Of a stretch of DNA of 64,000 nt, positions 45,897 to 56,739 are shown in pieces (position 1 is the stretch's first letter; each line of letters opens with the position of its first letter). The DNA comes from Candidatus Atelocyanobacterium thalassae. Lineage in GTDB: Bacteria > Cyanobacteriota > Cyanobacteriia > Cyanobacteriales > Microcystaceae. The DNA lies in assembly GCA_051971635.1 (NCBI GenBank), contig JBFPLN010000005.1, positions 64,001 to 128,000 of the forward strand, written 5' to 3'. A program made the translations under genes and the position numbers. The notes beneath the pieces were generated by a model that had not been told where the DNA came from, made no database searches, and saw only the letters and a list, made by a program, of their open reading frames with translations.

Positions 45897-46139
45897 CTTA
45901 AATACATCCAAACAACTAAATTATTTTAGAAAAAATAAGTAGTTATTATTTTTATAGTATAGTTTCTAGTTAATTACTATATAAATAATGCCTGATCTTT
46001 CAGAAACATTATTTATATAGTATTAAGTTTCTTATCTGAGCTTATTTATTTTCTTAACCTTGCAAATTTAGCAGAAATATGAGATTATAATAGCTTGTGT
46101 ATAAATATAAACTAATAGCTTGAGTTGTTAGGTTAAATT

Positions 46140-46334
46140 ATGGCTAGTAAAAAAGGTGTTCGGCTTATAATCACTCTTGAGTGTACAGAATGTCGAACAA
46201 ATACAACAAAGCGCTCACCTGGGGTTAATCGTTATACTACCAGTAAAAATCGTCGCAATACCACCGCGCGATTAGAACTTAAAAAGTTTTGTCCCCACTG
46301 TAACAAACATACTACTCATAAAGAAATTAAGTAG
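46140..46334 (+). CDS. rpmG: 50S ribosomal protein L33
   Basis: [27 protein letters not shown]. Confidence 0.98.
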   Translation: MASKKGVRLIITLECTECRTNTTKRSPGVNRYTTSKNRRNTTARLELKKFCPHCNKHTTHKEIK

Positions 46335-46366
46335 TATCTTAATAAAAAATATAAAGAAAGTTAAGC

Positions 46367-46582
46367 ATGAGCTATTATCGTAAACGTCTTTCTCCTATTC
46401 CGCCTAAGCAGCCAATAGATTACAAAGATACTGAATTGCTTAGGAAGTTTATTACTGAACGAGGTAAGATTCTTCCTCGACGCATTACGGGTCTAACAGC
46501 AAAGCAGCAAAGGGCACTGACAACAGCAGTTAAACGTGCAAGAATTCTAGCCTTATTACCTTTTGTTAATAAGGAAGCCTAA
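46367..46582 (+). CDS. rpsR: 30S ribosomal protein S18
   Basis: [30 protein letters not shown]. Confidence 0.98.
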   Translation: MSYYRKRLSPIPPKQPIDYKDTELLRKFITERGKILPRRITGLTAKQQRALTTAVKRARILALLPFVNKEA

Positions 46583-46734
46583 TGTTATCTTTTATTTAGA
46601 TATTAGGGGTTGATATTTCAGAATGTCTCTCAAAAATTAACCCCTTAAATATCAAAGCAAATTCCGGAAATTCATTGAAGGCATGAAATTATAAATAATT
46701 AAAGACAAATATTAAAATTTAAGGCACGAAGCGG

Positions 46735-48750
46735 GTGGAAAAAGGCAAACTAATCGAGTTTAGAATCAACGGAGAACGTCGCTTAGCTGTCGTTGATCGT
46801 CCAGAAGGGAAAAAGGATTGGATTGTAGTTGATAGTGAAGGAAGCTCATACAAGTTAAGACAACAAAGAGTAGAATATGAGGTGATAGGCGGATCCTATG
46901 TTTCTAGCCAAATCCCTAAATTTATTTCAGATACTAAGTCTTATCTGGATCCATCTAATTTAGAAATAGCCTGGGAACTATTAATAGAAGAAAAGAGAAC
47001 TTTTACGCCGGAAGAAATGGCAAATTTTCTTTTTTCTGCATGTTCTCCTGTAATTTGTTATGCCACTTATCGATTACTTTCTGATGATAAAATTTATTTT
47101 AAGAAAAAAGGAGATAGTTATGAAGCCCGATCTCCTGGACAAGTCGAAGAAATTAAGCATCAAATTGAAATTGAGAATCAACGCCAGCAAGATAAAAAGT
47201 TTTTCTTAAATAATATTCATCGTAAAATAGCTGGAGAAGAAATAATATGGACTGAGAAGGATTGTAGTAAATTAGAATTATTAGAAAAATTTGTTTTACA
47301 ACCCGATCAAAATCATCGAAACGCACAAGATCTTCTTAAAGAGCTAGGGCAGATTATAAGTCCAAATGCTGCATTCGATTTCTTAGTAAGTATTGGATGG
47401 TGGAGCCCAAATGAAAACTTATTTTTAAAGCGTAGCTCTTATCCTATTAACTTCCCCAAAAAGGTACTAGATATGGTTTCTTTTTCTCTACAAAACCTAC
47501 CCTTTAATACTGATAATGAACGAATGGATCTAACTCATCTAAAAGTTTATACCATAGATGATGACAGTACTGAAGAAATAGATGATGGTTTAAGTGTAGA
47601 AGTTTTAGAAAATAATATTGTTAAATTATGGATACATATAGCAGATCCTACCCATTTAGTTAAGCCAGGAGATGAGCTTGACTTAGAAGCAAGAAAACGA
47701 AGTACAACCTTGTATTTACCTACAGGAATAATCTCCATGTTTCCTGCAGAATTAGCGACTGGACCTATGAGCTTAAGACAAGGTCAAATCTGTCCTTCAT
47801 TAAGTTTTGGAGTAATTTTAAATGAACACGGTGCTGTTCTCGATTATTCCATTCATACCAGTATTATTAAACCTACTTATCGTTTAAGCTATAATGATGT
47901 TAATGAAATCTTGCAATTAGGTATAGTCGCTGAATCAGAATTAGCTATCTTAGCTAAAGCGGCAAAACAGCGATATTGTTGGAGGAAATCTCAAGGATCA
48001 ATTACCATAAAGATGCCGGAGGCATCTATTAAAGTCATATCTGAAGATGAAATTATAATTGATTTACTAGAAACCTCTGTTTCTCGCCAATTAGTAGCAG
48101 AAATGATGATTCTTGCTGGTGAAGTGGCTGGTAATTATTGTCAAAAGAATAGTATCCCTGTCCCTTTCAGAGGACAACCACAACCAGATTTACCTTCAGA
48201 AGAAGAGTTACTATTATTACCTGCTGGTCCAGTTAGATCATGTGCTTTACGCCGTTGCATGCCTAAAGGTGAAATCGCAACCATTCCAAATCGTCACTCA
48301 AGTCTAGGGTTAAATTACTATACTCAAGTGACTTCTCCTATACGACGTTATACAGATTTGTTGACTCATTTTCAAATTAAGGCTCATCTTCATAACCAGC
48401 CATTACCATTCACATTAGATGTAATGCAGAATATATTATATGGTGTTACTCTCTCTGCACAAGAGGCATCATTCTTAGAAAGGCAAACCAATAGATATTG
48501 GGGATTAGAATTTCTACGACGTAATGCTGATCAGATGTGGCAAGGATTGGTATTACGTTGGTTGCGAGAAGATGAAGGATTAGGAATAATTTTACTGGAA
48601 GAATTGGGCTTAGAGCTTCCTCATTATTTTGAACGTGCAGTTAAATTAGGTGATCGAATTAATGTTCAAGTTAGTCGTTCTGACCCACATCGAGACGAAA
48701 TTCGCTTCCGTGAAGTGCTAGCCAATGAAATTAATATAGAAAAAATTTGA
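46735..48750 (+). CDS. rnb: Exoribonuclease II/RNB family
   Basis: TIDDDSTEEIDDGLS, HIADP, VAEMMIL, YTQVTSPIRRYTDL; GTG start. Confidence 0.95.
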   Translation: MEKGKLIEFRINGERRLAVVDRPEGKKDWIVVDSEGSSYKLRQQRVEYEVIGGSYVSSQIPKFISDTKSYLDPSNLEIAWELLIEEKRTFTPEEMANFLFSACSPVICYATYRLLSDDKIYFKKKGDSYEARSPGQVEEIKHQIEIENQRQQDKKFFLNNIHRKIAGEEIIWTEKDCSKLELLEKFVLQPDQNHRNAQDLLKELGQIISPNAAFDFLVSIGWWSPNENLFLKRSSYPINFPKKVLDMVSFSLQNLPFNTDNERMDLTHLKVYTIDDDSTEEIDDGLSVEVLENNIVKLWIHIADPTHLVKPGDELDLEARKRSTTLYLPTGIISMFPAELATGPMSLRQGQICPSLSFGVILNEHGAVLDYSIHTSIIKPTYRLSYNDVNEILQLGIVAESELAILAKAAKQRYCWRKSQGSITIKMPEASIKVISEDEIIIDLLETSVSRQLVAEMMILAGEVAGNYCQKNSIPVPFRGQPQPDLPSEEELLLLPAGPVRSCALRRCMPKGEIATIPNRHSSLGLNYYTQVTSPIRRYTDLLTHFQIKAHLHNQPLPFTLDVMQNILYGVTLSAQEASFLERQTNRYWGLEFLRRNADQMWQGLVLRWLREDEGLGIILLEELGLELPHYFERAVKLGDRINVQVSRSDPHRDEIRFREVLANEINIEKI

Positions 48751-49130
48751 GACCATAGGATAAAAATTAATCACTAATAAATGGATATTTTTTCTATATA
48801 AACTAGTAAAAAGAAACTTTTATAAAGTCTCAAATATAATGATTCCTATCATCTAAATGTTTCTAAACTCAAATATGCAAGGATAGCATAATATAGTTAT
48901 TTTCTACTAGGGATAACTTTTTATACAAGAAAATATTAACAAAGGTTAATTTACGTGAGAATGTTTATGTCTTTATAAAAAATAAAGAGGAAATCCAAGA
49001 CTTTCCATGTTTCGTCTTAATTTCCTCTCTTAATTAACTCTTCACACCATATATCAGTGTATATGAAAATTCTGATCTTAAAGTATTATTTAAGTCTTTT
49101 TTAATTTTAGAGGTAATTACAAAGCATATC

Positions 49131-50051
49131 TTAAACTCTATTGAAATATACTTTTTGTAACAAACTCTGTGTAATGATTATTAAGTTTAATCTTGCTTGT
49201 AGTTTTTTCATACTTTCCAATTCTTTAGAAGAAAAAATACGACAAGAACGCTCAAACTCTAACAGACAATAGCTAAGTATTAAGATTTGTTTGGTATTAT
49301 CTTCTTTGCATTTATGCATTTCAGAGTCTAACATCATGAAAATCTGAGAAATTAACTGCCTTTCTGTATGAGAATTTAATAGTAATTCTTCAAATTCCAT
49401 ATCGTACGAAAAAATATACCTTTCTTTATTTAAAGCTTTTTCATTATTTAGAGATTTAACGTTTAGCTTTGCTGTTATACCTTGTTCTTTCGCTAAATGT
49501 ATCAGATGACAACAACGCAGATAAGCATATTGAACAATATACAAAGAATCATACGATTTACTATCATAAGTAGTGCAATGTGTTAATAACTGGGAAATGT
49601 CTTGATTTTGTAACCATAGAAACAAATACTTATCATCTAACGTAAATTCTAGCCAGCCTGGTTCAATTAGTTTAAGGATAAAACCTATACACGGTATATC
49701 CGAATAATGTTCTATCGTTATTTGTTCATTTTCCATTAACAAACAAGAACAAGTTTGTTTTATTAACTCAAAAATTTCCTCAGCTATTACTATTGCCGGA
49801 TAAGATGATCTACTAGCTAACTCAAAAGCTACAGTACAACGATAGGTAATTAAATAGGGATAGGATATGAGAGTATAATTTAAACGATTAACAGGAATAA
49901 ATTTTTCTAAGTAAATAAAATCAACATCTTTTATTTTCTTGAGCTTTACTAGTTGAGAGTATATGAAAAATTTAAGTTGCTGCTGAATTGAGATCTTGGT
50001 CTGTTTGATAAATATAGGATAAATTGCTCTTATAACTTTATCATCCTTCAT
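49131..50051 (-). CDS. Stand-alone ArgRS-like N-terminal plus DALR anticodon-binding domain protein
   Basis: PGWLEFTL, VQYAYLRC, FERSCRIF, ARLNL; no HIGH/KMSKS catalytic core. Confidence 0.65.
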   Translation of the reverse strand: MKDDKVIRAIYPIFIKQTKISIQQQLKFFIYSQLVKLKKIKDVDFIYLEKFIPVNRLNYTLISYPYLITYRCTVAFELASRSSYPAIVIAEEIFELIKQTCSCLLMENEQITIEHYSDIPCIGFILKLIEPGWLEFTLDDKYLFLWLQNQDISQLLTHCTTYDSKSYDSLYIVQYAYLRCCHLIHLAKEQGITAKLNVKSLNNEKALNKERYIFSYDMEFEELLLNSHTERQLISQIFMMLDSEMHKCKEDNTKQILILSYCLLEFERSCRIFSSKELESMKKLQARLNLIIITQSLLQKVYFNRV

Positions 50052-50318
50052 ATATATCGCGAGTTAACTAACATAGTTGAAAATTAATATCCATATTCTT
50101 TACTATTATTAAATAATATATATTTATATTAAGAATTTATTTCTTTACTCAGAAACAGTAATATACAGTTATGCTATAGTGGATGTTGTAAGCTCATTGA
50201 ATGGCTAAAGCTAACCATAACAGTCCAACACTTTGTGAATATTCTCCAAACACAAAATCCATTAGCTAAATTGGCAACTGTTCTGAGAAATAATTATTTA
50301 ATAGGAGACTTTCATTTG

Positions 50319-50462
50319 ATGAATTACCTAAAAGAAATTATAGAAAAGCTTAAAGAATTAGCACAAAAATTAATTGAAACACTTTTAGAGCCTAATAAAG
50401 AACCAGAAATAGAACTTATACCTATACCAGTTGATGATCCACAAGATTATTATGGTAGTTGA
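50319..50462 (+). CDS. atpT: 47-aa microprotein, probable ATP synthase inhibitor AtpTheta (Norf1)
   Basis: MNYLKEIIEKLKELAQKLIETLLEPNKEPEIELIPIPVDDPQDYYGS: amphipathic helix plus acidic ELIPIPV tail; AGGAG upstream; family assignment from memory. Confidence 0.65.
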   Translation: MNYLKEIIEKLKELAQKLIETLLEPNKEPEIELIPIPVDDPQDYYGS

Positions 50463-50910
50463 TAACTCAAAAAGAATTAGCATATTAGTAATTCATGGAC
50501 CTAATTTAAACTTATTAGGAAAACGTCAACCTACAGTTTATGGTTCTATTTCGTTAAGGGAAATTAATATTTTACTACATAAAAAAGCTTTAGCTTTAGG
50601 ACTAAAAATATCAATAGTTCAATCAAATTACGAAGGTACTATTGTTGAATTAATTCATCAGTCTTTGGGACAGCATCAGGGACTATTAATTAATGCTGGA
50701 GCATATACACACAGTAGTCTAGCTATAGCTGATGCTCTTCTCGCTGTCGAAATTCCAGTAGTAGAAGTACATTTGAGCAATATATACAAAAGAGAAAACA
50801 TACGTCATCACTCTTATATTGCTCCTATTGCTATTGGTCAAATAACTGGATTTGGTGTTAACAGCTATTTACTAGGTTTAAATGCTTTATTTGATTACAT
50901 TCATCAATAA
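50452..50910 (+). CDS. aroQ: Type II 3-dehydroquinate dehydratase
   Basis: IHGPNLNLLGKRQP.VYG, QSN.EG, INAGAYTH, EVHLSNIYKRE. Confidence 0.97.
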   Translation: MVVDNSKRISILVIHGPNLNLLGKRQPTVYGSISLREINILLHKKALALGLKISIVQSNYEGTIVELIHQSLGQHQGLLINAGAYTHSSLAIADALLAVEIPVVEVHLSNIYKRENIRHHSYIAPIAIGQITGFGVNSYLLGLNALFDYIHQ

Positions 50911-51043
50911 TAATAATTTTCTAATAAAAACTTATCATCAGTATATAACTATAGTGAGTTTATAAAAGCTTTGCAAAAACATTTTTGATCATTATACGAA
51001 ATAATATATTATTTCCAATATTGTTTTACAAATATTTTTAATC

Positions 51044-51083
51044 TATAAGCTATTACTCTAATTTTTAAATTAGAGTAGCTTAT
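51044..51083. terminator. Hairpin between convergent aroQ and thrS
   Basis: TATAAGC(TAT)TACTCTAATTT / AAATTAGAGTAGCTTATA stem with a 3-nt bulge. Confidence 0.55.
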
Positions 51084-51127
51084 ATTCTAAAATCGTTCAA
51101 ATTATAATTAAATAATTACCCATTAGA

Positions 51128-52954
51128 TCAGAAGATTTCATGATTAGAAATAGTTTCTAACATATTATTTATAAAGTCATTAATAGGAATTAGACCTAAT
51201 TCTCCCGATTGTCGAGTGCGAATATTTAAAGAATTGGTTTCCATTTCTTTTGAACCTATAATTGCCATAACAGGAATTTTTTGTTTTTCCCCCTTTCGAA
51301 TCATTTTTCCAAGCCTTTCTCCTGAAGTATCAACCTCTGCTCTAATTTTTGATTTAAGCATGATTTGCGCCATATTTTTAGCATAGTCGAGATATAAATC
51401 ACTGACAGGTAAGATACGTACTTGAACTGGAGATAACCATACAGGAAAGTCACCAGCAAATTCTTCAATTAGAATACCAATTAAGCGTTCTAAAGATCCA
51501 AAAGGAGCTCGATGGATCATAATAGGCCTATGTCTATCGCCATTTTCTCCTACATACTCTAAATCAAATCTTTCAGGCAAGTTATAGTCAACCTGGACGG
51601 TTCCTAGCTGCCACTCTCTATCTAGGGCATCTTGAAAGATAAAATCTAATTTTGGGCCATAGAATGCTGCCTCTCCTTCTGCCTCAAAATAATCAATATT
51701 TAATAATTTAACTGCACGATAAATGGCATTTTGCGATTTTTCCCATACTTCATCGCTTCCAATATATTTATCAGAGTTAGGATCTCGGAAGCTTAATCTT
51801 GCTTTAAATTTTTTAAGTTGCAAGTTTTCGAAGACTGAAAGGATTAAATTTACAACATTAAGAAATTCATCATCTAGTTGATCAGGCTTAACAAACAGAT
51901 GAGAGTCATCAACTGTAAAACTTCGTACACGAGTTAATCCACCTAGTTCACCTGATTTTTCATAACGATAGACAGTACCGAACTCTGCTAATCGTACAGG
52001 TAAATCACGATAGGACCTTAGCTCACTTTTGTAAATTTGAATATGAAAAGGACAATTCATAGGTTTTAGAACAAATCCTATCTCTTCATTTTTGGCATCT
52101 TCACTATCACTCATTAGAGGAAACATATCTTCTTTGTAATTTTGCCAATGACCAGAAGTTTTAAACAAGTCCACTTTTCCAATATGAGGAGTTACTACTG
52201 GAAGATATCCTCGTTTCAATTGTTCTTCTTTTAAAAAGTTTTCTAAAACAGATCTGATTATAGTTCCTTTTGGAGTCCATAGTGGCAGACCAGGCCCTAC
52301 AGAATTAGAAAAAATAAATAAGCCTAACTCCTTACCTAGTTTACGATGATCTCGTTTTAAAGCTTCTTCTTTGCGTTTTTTATATGCTGCTAATTGTGCA
52401 GGGTTTTCCCAGGCAGTGCCGTAAATACGCTGCAATTGTGCTTTAGTCTCATCTCCTCTCCAATATGCTCCAGCTACTGACTCTATTTCAAATGCTTTGG
52501 GATGTAGATCTGCAGTACTTTCTAAATGAGGACCACTACACAAATCCCACCATTCTTCTCCTAAATGGTACAAAGTAATAGGCGCTTGAATACTTTCAAG
52601 AATTTCTAGCTTATAAGGTTCCTGAGCCTCAATAATGCGTCTTTTAGCTTCTTCCAAAGTAATTTCTTCTTTTATTACTGGAAGCTTAGATTTAATGATC
52701 TTAATCATTTCTTTCTTAATACTTTTTAAATCTTGATCTAAAAAAGGCTTAGAAATATCAAAATCATAATAGAATCCTGTTTCTGTCCAAGGTCCGATTG
52801 TGACTTTTGCCTGAGGGAAAAGTTTTTGTACAGCCATAGCCATAATGTGAGAGGCAGTGTGGCGGATACATTTCAGTTTGTAAGACTCACTAGTACGGAG
52901 TAGCTTTATGGGTTGCTGCTCAGATTCTTCAATTAATATAGATTGTTTAACCAT
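51128..52954 (-). CDS. thrS: Threonine--tRNA ligase
   Basis: RHTASH, DLCSGPH, RDHRKLG, KPMNCP, GLTRVR, IHRAPFGS. Confidence 0.98.
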   Translation of the reverse strand: MVKQSILIEESEQQPIKLLRTSESYKLKCIRHTASHIMAMAVQKLFPQAKVTIGPWTETGFYYDFDISKPFLDQDLKSIKKEMIKIIKSKLPVIKEEITLEEAKRRIIEAQEPYKLEILESIQAPITLYHLGEEWWDLCSGPHLESTADLHPKAFEIESVAGAYWRGDETKAQLQRIYGTAWENPAQLAAYKKRKEEALKRDHRKLGKELGLFIFSNSVGPGLPLWTPKGTIIRSVLENFLKEEQLKRGYLPVVTPHIGKVDLFKTSGHWQNYKEDMFPLMSDSEDAKNEEIGFVLKPMNCPFHIQIYKSELRSYRDLPVRLAEFGTVYRYEKSGELGGLTRVRSFTVDDSHLFVKPDQLDDEFLNVVNLILSVFENLQLKKFKARLSFRDPNSDKYIGSDEVWEKSQNAIYRAVKLLNIDYFEAEGEAAFYGPKLDFIFQDALDREWQLGTVQVDYNLPERFDLEYVGENGDRHRPIMIHRAPFGSLERLIGILIEEFAGDFPVWLSPVQVRILPVSDLYLDYAKNMAQIMLKSKIRAEVDTSGERLGKMIRKGEKQKIPVMAIIGSKEMETNSLNIRTRQSGELGLIPINDFINNMLETISNHEIF

Positions 52955-53157
52955 TCACACCTATTTTCTATAATTTTTTGTTTAGTTTATTATGTACAAA
53001 GGAGTAAAAAAAAGATTGTGACATAATTGGTATAGTAATTCACTATAGTTTAAGTATAAAAATCTATTTTTTTTAAATATAAAAAGTTTTTATACTTTAT
53101 GCCGTAAAATCAGCTATTCTAGCAGGAAGAGTTTTTATAATTAAAATTATACTATCC

Positions 53158-54441
53158 GTGTTAGACATTAAAAAAATACGAGAAAATCCAGAAGCAATAC
53201 AAATTTTGCTTAATAGTCGTGAACCTTATCCGAAACATGATCTTAAACCTATCTTAAATTATGATAAACGTCAGAGAGAATTAGAGGTTCTTCGTACTGA
53301 ATTACAAACTAAAAGCAACGAAATTAGTAAACTAATTGGAAGCAAAATTAAAAGTGGGGCAGATCCAACAGCAGAAGAAATTAACAAGCTCAGAGAACAA
53401 GGGAATAGTTTAAAAAAGAAACTTTTTGAATTAGAGCCTGAAGAGAAAAAAATAAAAGAGAAACTTGAAAATTTATTACTACAACTCCCTAACTTACCCA
53501 GTTCCTCTGCACCCATAGGAAAAAATGAAACGGAAAACGTTGAAGTAAAAAGTTGGGGAGAAGAATATTTACCAAAAATAGAAGTATTACCTCATTGGGA
53601 AATTGCTGAAGAACTTGGTATCTTGGAAGTGGAAAAAGCTGTTAAAATAGCACAAAGTCGTTTTGTAGCATTGTTTGGAGCAGGAGCTGCACTGGAAAGA
53701 GCTCTAATAAGTTTTATGCTTGATCAGCATATAGCTTCAGGTTATTTAGAAGTTATGCCCCCTATTTTGGTCAATAGTAATGCCTTAAGAGGAACAGGAC
53801 AACTACCAAAATTTGCTGAAGAAAGTTTTTTTTGCCACGATGATGATTTATGGTTATCACCTACTGCCGAAGTTCCTTTGATGAATCTCTATAGTAATGA
53901 AATTTTAGAAAAAGAAAAATTATCTATTAAGCATTGTGCCTTTACTCCCTGTTTTCGTCGAGAAGCAGGAAGTTATGGTAAAGATACAAGAGGCCTTATT
54001 CGACTTCACCAATTTAATAAAGTTGAACTAGTAAAAATTGTTCATCCTCAAAACTCAGAGGTAGAACATCAACAACTAGTGAAAGATGTGGAAGCTATCT
54101 TACAGGCTTTAAAGCTTCCATATCGGGTTTTAGAATTATGTACCGGAGATTTAGGTTTTGGCGCAGCAAAGTGTTACGACTTAGAAGTATGGCTACCTTC
54201 TTCTAATTCTTATAGAGAAATATCAAGTTGCTCTAACTGCTGGGATTTTCAAGCAAGACGTTCGAATATACGTTTTAGAGAGAAAGGTAAAAAAGGCACT
54301 ACATATGTACATTCTCTAAACGGTTCGGGACTAGCTGTAGGAAGAACTATGGCGGCTATTTTAGAAAATTATCAGCAAGCTGATAAAACAATTAAAATAC
54401 CTGATGTTTTACAGCCGTATCTAAAAAGAGAATTCTTATAG
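53158..54441 (+). CDS. serS: Serine--tRNA ligase
   Basis: [42 protein letters not shown]. Confidence 0.98.
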   Translation: MLDIKKIRENPEAIQILLNSREPYPKHDLKPILNYDKRQRELEVLRTELQTKSNEISKLIGSKIKSGADPTAEEINKLREQGNSLKKKLFELEPEEKKIKEKLENLLLQLPNLPSSSAPIGKNETENVEVKSWGEEYLPKIEVLPHWEIAEELGILEVEKAVKIAQSRFVALFGAGAALERALISFMLDQHIASGYLEVMPPILVNSNALRGTGQLPKFAEESFFCHDDDLWLSPTAEVPLMNLYSNEILEKEKLSIKHCAFTPCFRREAGSYGKDTRGLIRLHQFNKVELVKIVHPQNSEVEHQQLVKDVEAILQALKLPYRVLELCTGDLGFGAAKCYDLEVWLPSSNSYREISSCSNCWDFQARRSNIRFREKGKKGTTYVHSLNGSGLAVGRTMAAILENYQQADKTIKIPDVLQPYLKREFL

Positions 54442-54586
54442 TTGCTGATTAATTCTGCATTGTTTAATTTTTTTTTGAAGCTTAAGTGTTAATTCATTAT
54501 TAATTTTCAAGAAAAAATCATCTTTTAAAGCCATTGTGTGAGCTTCAATATAAATTCTGAACAAGGTACATCTTGATTTGCAGAAG

Positions 54587-55066
54587 TTATGCTACAGAAA
54601 ATTCTTGTAATTTTTTCAAAACGACTTCACCATGGTTTTTAATTTTTACATTAGACCAAATGTAAGCAATATTTTTATTTGAATCAACCAAAAAAGTAGA
54701 GCGAACAATTCCCATGTATTCTTTTCCCATGAATTTTTTCAGTTTCCAAACATCATACATTTTTGCAACTTCATGATTACAGTCGGACAATAATTCCAGA
54801 GATAAATCATGTTTGTTAATAAAGTTAATATGTGATTTCTCAGAATCTGGACTAATACCTAAGACTCGAGCGTCTAAGGCTTTGAACTGAGGCATTAATT
54901 CTGTAAATTCTTTAGCTTCTTTTGTACAGCCAGATGTATTATCTTTAGGATAAAAGTATATAATCAACCACTTTTTAGATATATCTTGTAGATAAACTTC
55001 TTTGCTATCTTGGTTATTGATTTTGAAATTAGGGGCAGGATCTCCAATCTTTAATAGATTATTCAT
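54587..55066 (-). CDS. bcp: Peroxiredoxin Q/BCP
   Basis: YFYPKDNTSGCTKEA, GISPD, GIVRSTF. Confidence 0.93.
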   Translation of the reverse strand: MNNLLKIGDPAPNFKINNQDSKEVYLQDISKKWLIIYFYPKDNTSGCTKEAKEFTELMPQFKALDARVLGISPDSEKSHINFINKHDLSLELLSDCNHEVAKMYDVWKLKKFMGKEYMGIVRSTFLVDSNKNIAYIWSNVKIKNHGEVVLKKLQEFSVA

Positions 55067-55378
55067 AGAAAAAGATAAAATAAATACATTTATAAGCTAA
55101 GAAATATAATATGTAAATATACCTTTTTACAAAGATTTTATCAAAAAATATTTTCTACACCCTATTTTATGAATTGTAAGATAAAGATTCTGCAGATGAA
55201 TATTTTGATAATTTATTCTAAATACTACCTTTTTTATAAACGGAAACTGGTCTTAACTTTAATCTTAAAAAAATAATTATCATTAGAATACGAATATTTA
55301 ATTAGAGAAGTTCGAGACTGTTTTTTTTAACAGTTAGTTTAAATAAAAAAGAAATACTTACAAGAACAATATTATATA

Positions 55379-56650
55379 TTAATAAAATTTTTTTCTTTGT
55401 CTATGCTTAGAGACTGACGCCACTAGTCCTAGTGCAATAAAGTTGGTTAGTAAAGCCGATTTTCCATAACTAAGCCAGGGCAAAGGAATACCTGTAATAG
55501 GTGCTAAACCTACTGTCATGCAAATATTAACAATTACCTGAAATGAGGTCATTGATAAGACGCCTATAGCTAATAGAGATCCAAAATTTTCTTCTGCTTG
55601 AGAAGCAACTACAACGTATCTAAAGCATATTAACCAAAATATTATTAGAACTCCTATAGAACCAATAAATCCAAATTCTTCACCTATAACTGAAAAAATA
55701 AAATCCGTATGCTGTTCAGGAACAAAATCTAACTGTGTTTGAGTTCCCTGAAATAATCCTCGTCCCCATAGTTCTCCTGAACCAATTGCAATACGAGATT
55801 GTATTAGTTGATAACCTCCACCTAGAGGGTTTTTTTCGGGTTCTAAAAATAAGGTTAAGCGATCTTTTTGATAATCTTTTAATAGTCCCCAGAAAATATT
55901 GCTTAGTCTACCTACAGAAAAATTGATACCTATAATTCCTATTGTGGAAGCGGAACGGTAAGGTAATGTAAGCCAAGAGGTAATACCCATAATCATTGTC
56001 CAGAAGATCCAAGCAATAAAAGAAATATTGAATAAAATGGCTGAAATAATAGGAGACATTAGTAAAACCAACCAACTAGGATGTATATTTGCCCAATAGA
56101 GCATTCCGAATGTAATTGCTCCAAATACTAATCCTGTCCCTAAATCAGGTTGACACATTATTAAAGCCCAAGGAACAAAAGTTATCCCTAAAACACGTAA
56201 TACTGATATGCTCCTACTAGCATCATTGCGATGCAACAATGCGGCTAAAGTAATTATTAATCCAACCTTAGCAAACTCTGAAGGCTGGATATTAAATCCT
56301 CCAATTTTAATCCAACTTTGAGCTCCATTTGCAGTTACGCCAAGAACAATAACTGCTATTAATGAAATATTTGTTATGAAATAAATTAACCAATGCCATA
56401 TCATTAATTTTTTGTAGTTAAATCTAGCTATAAAAAGCATTATGATAAAGCCAATACTTCCTGATAATAAATGTTGTAAATAATTAATAGAAGTTTCATT
56501 TAATTCAGTACTTTTAATAATCAGTCCGCCTAAACTAGTTAAACTAATTACAAGTATTAATAATAACCAATCAATTTCAAAAAAAAGAGATAGCCATGAA
56601 TCAGAAAAGCGCTTATTTTTTTGAAAGTTGTATTTTTTGGACCTTAACAT
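55379..56650 (-). CDS. rodA: SEDS peptidoglycan glycosyltransferase RodA
   Basis: GAQSWI, IQPSEFAK, QPDLGT, GYQLIQSRIAIGSG, PEQHTDFIF, GIPLPWLSYG. Confidence 0.95.
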   Translation of the reverse strand: MLRSKKYNFQKNKRFSDSWLSLFFEIDWLLLILVISLTSLGGLIIKSTELNETSINYLQHLLSGSIGFIIMLFIARFNYKKLMIWHWLIYFITNISLIAVIVLGVTANGAQSWIKIGGFNIQPSEFAKVGLIITLAALLHRNDASRSISVLRVLGITFVPWALIMCQPDLGTGLVFGAITFGMLYWANIHPSWLVLLMSPIISAILFNISFIAWIFWTMIMGITSWLTLPYRSASTIGIIGINFSVGRLSNIFWGLLKDYQKDRLTLFLEPEKNPLGGGYQLIQSRIAIGSGELWGRGLFQGTQTQLDFVPEQHTDFIFSVIGEEFGFIGSIGVLIIFWLICFRYVVVASQAEENFGSLLAIGVLSMTSFQVIVNICMTVGLAPITGIPLPWLSYGKSALLTNFIALGLVASVSKHRQRKKFY

Positions 56651-56739
56651 AATGATTGTGAAGATTGCTTACATAAACAATATATTTCTCTAAGGCAAAA
56701 ATTTTAAAGCTTATACGAAATAAGATATTGTTACTTAGT

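Noticed and set aside
50235..50318. N-terminal extension of the 75-aa ORF in the track
   Set aside because: The RBS (AGGAG) sits just before ATG 50319, so the upstream part is more likely 5' UTR
52955..53157. T-box-like regulation between divergent thrS and serS
   Set aside because: Spacer is short and AT-rich with no T-box motif; T-boxes are not typical of cyanobacteria
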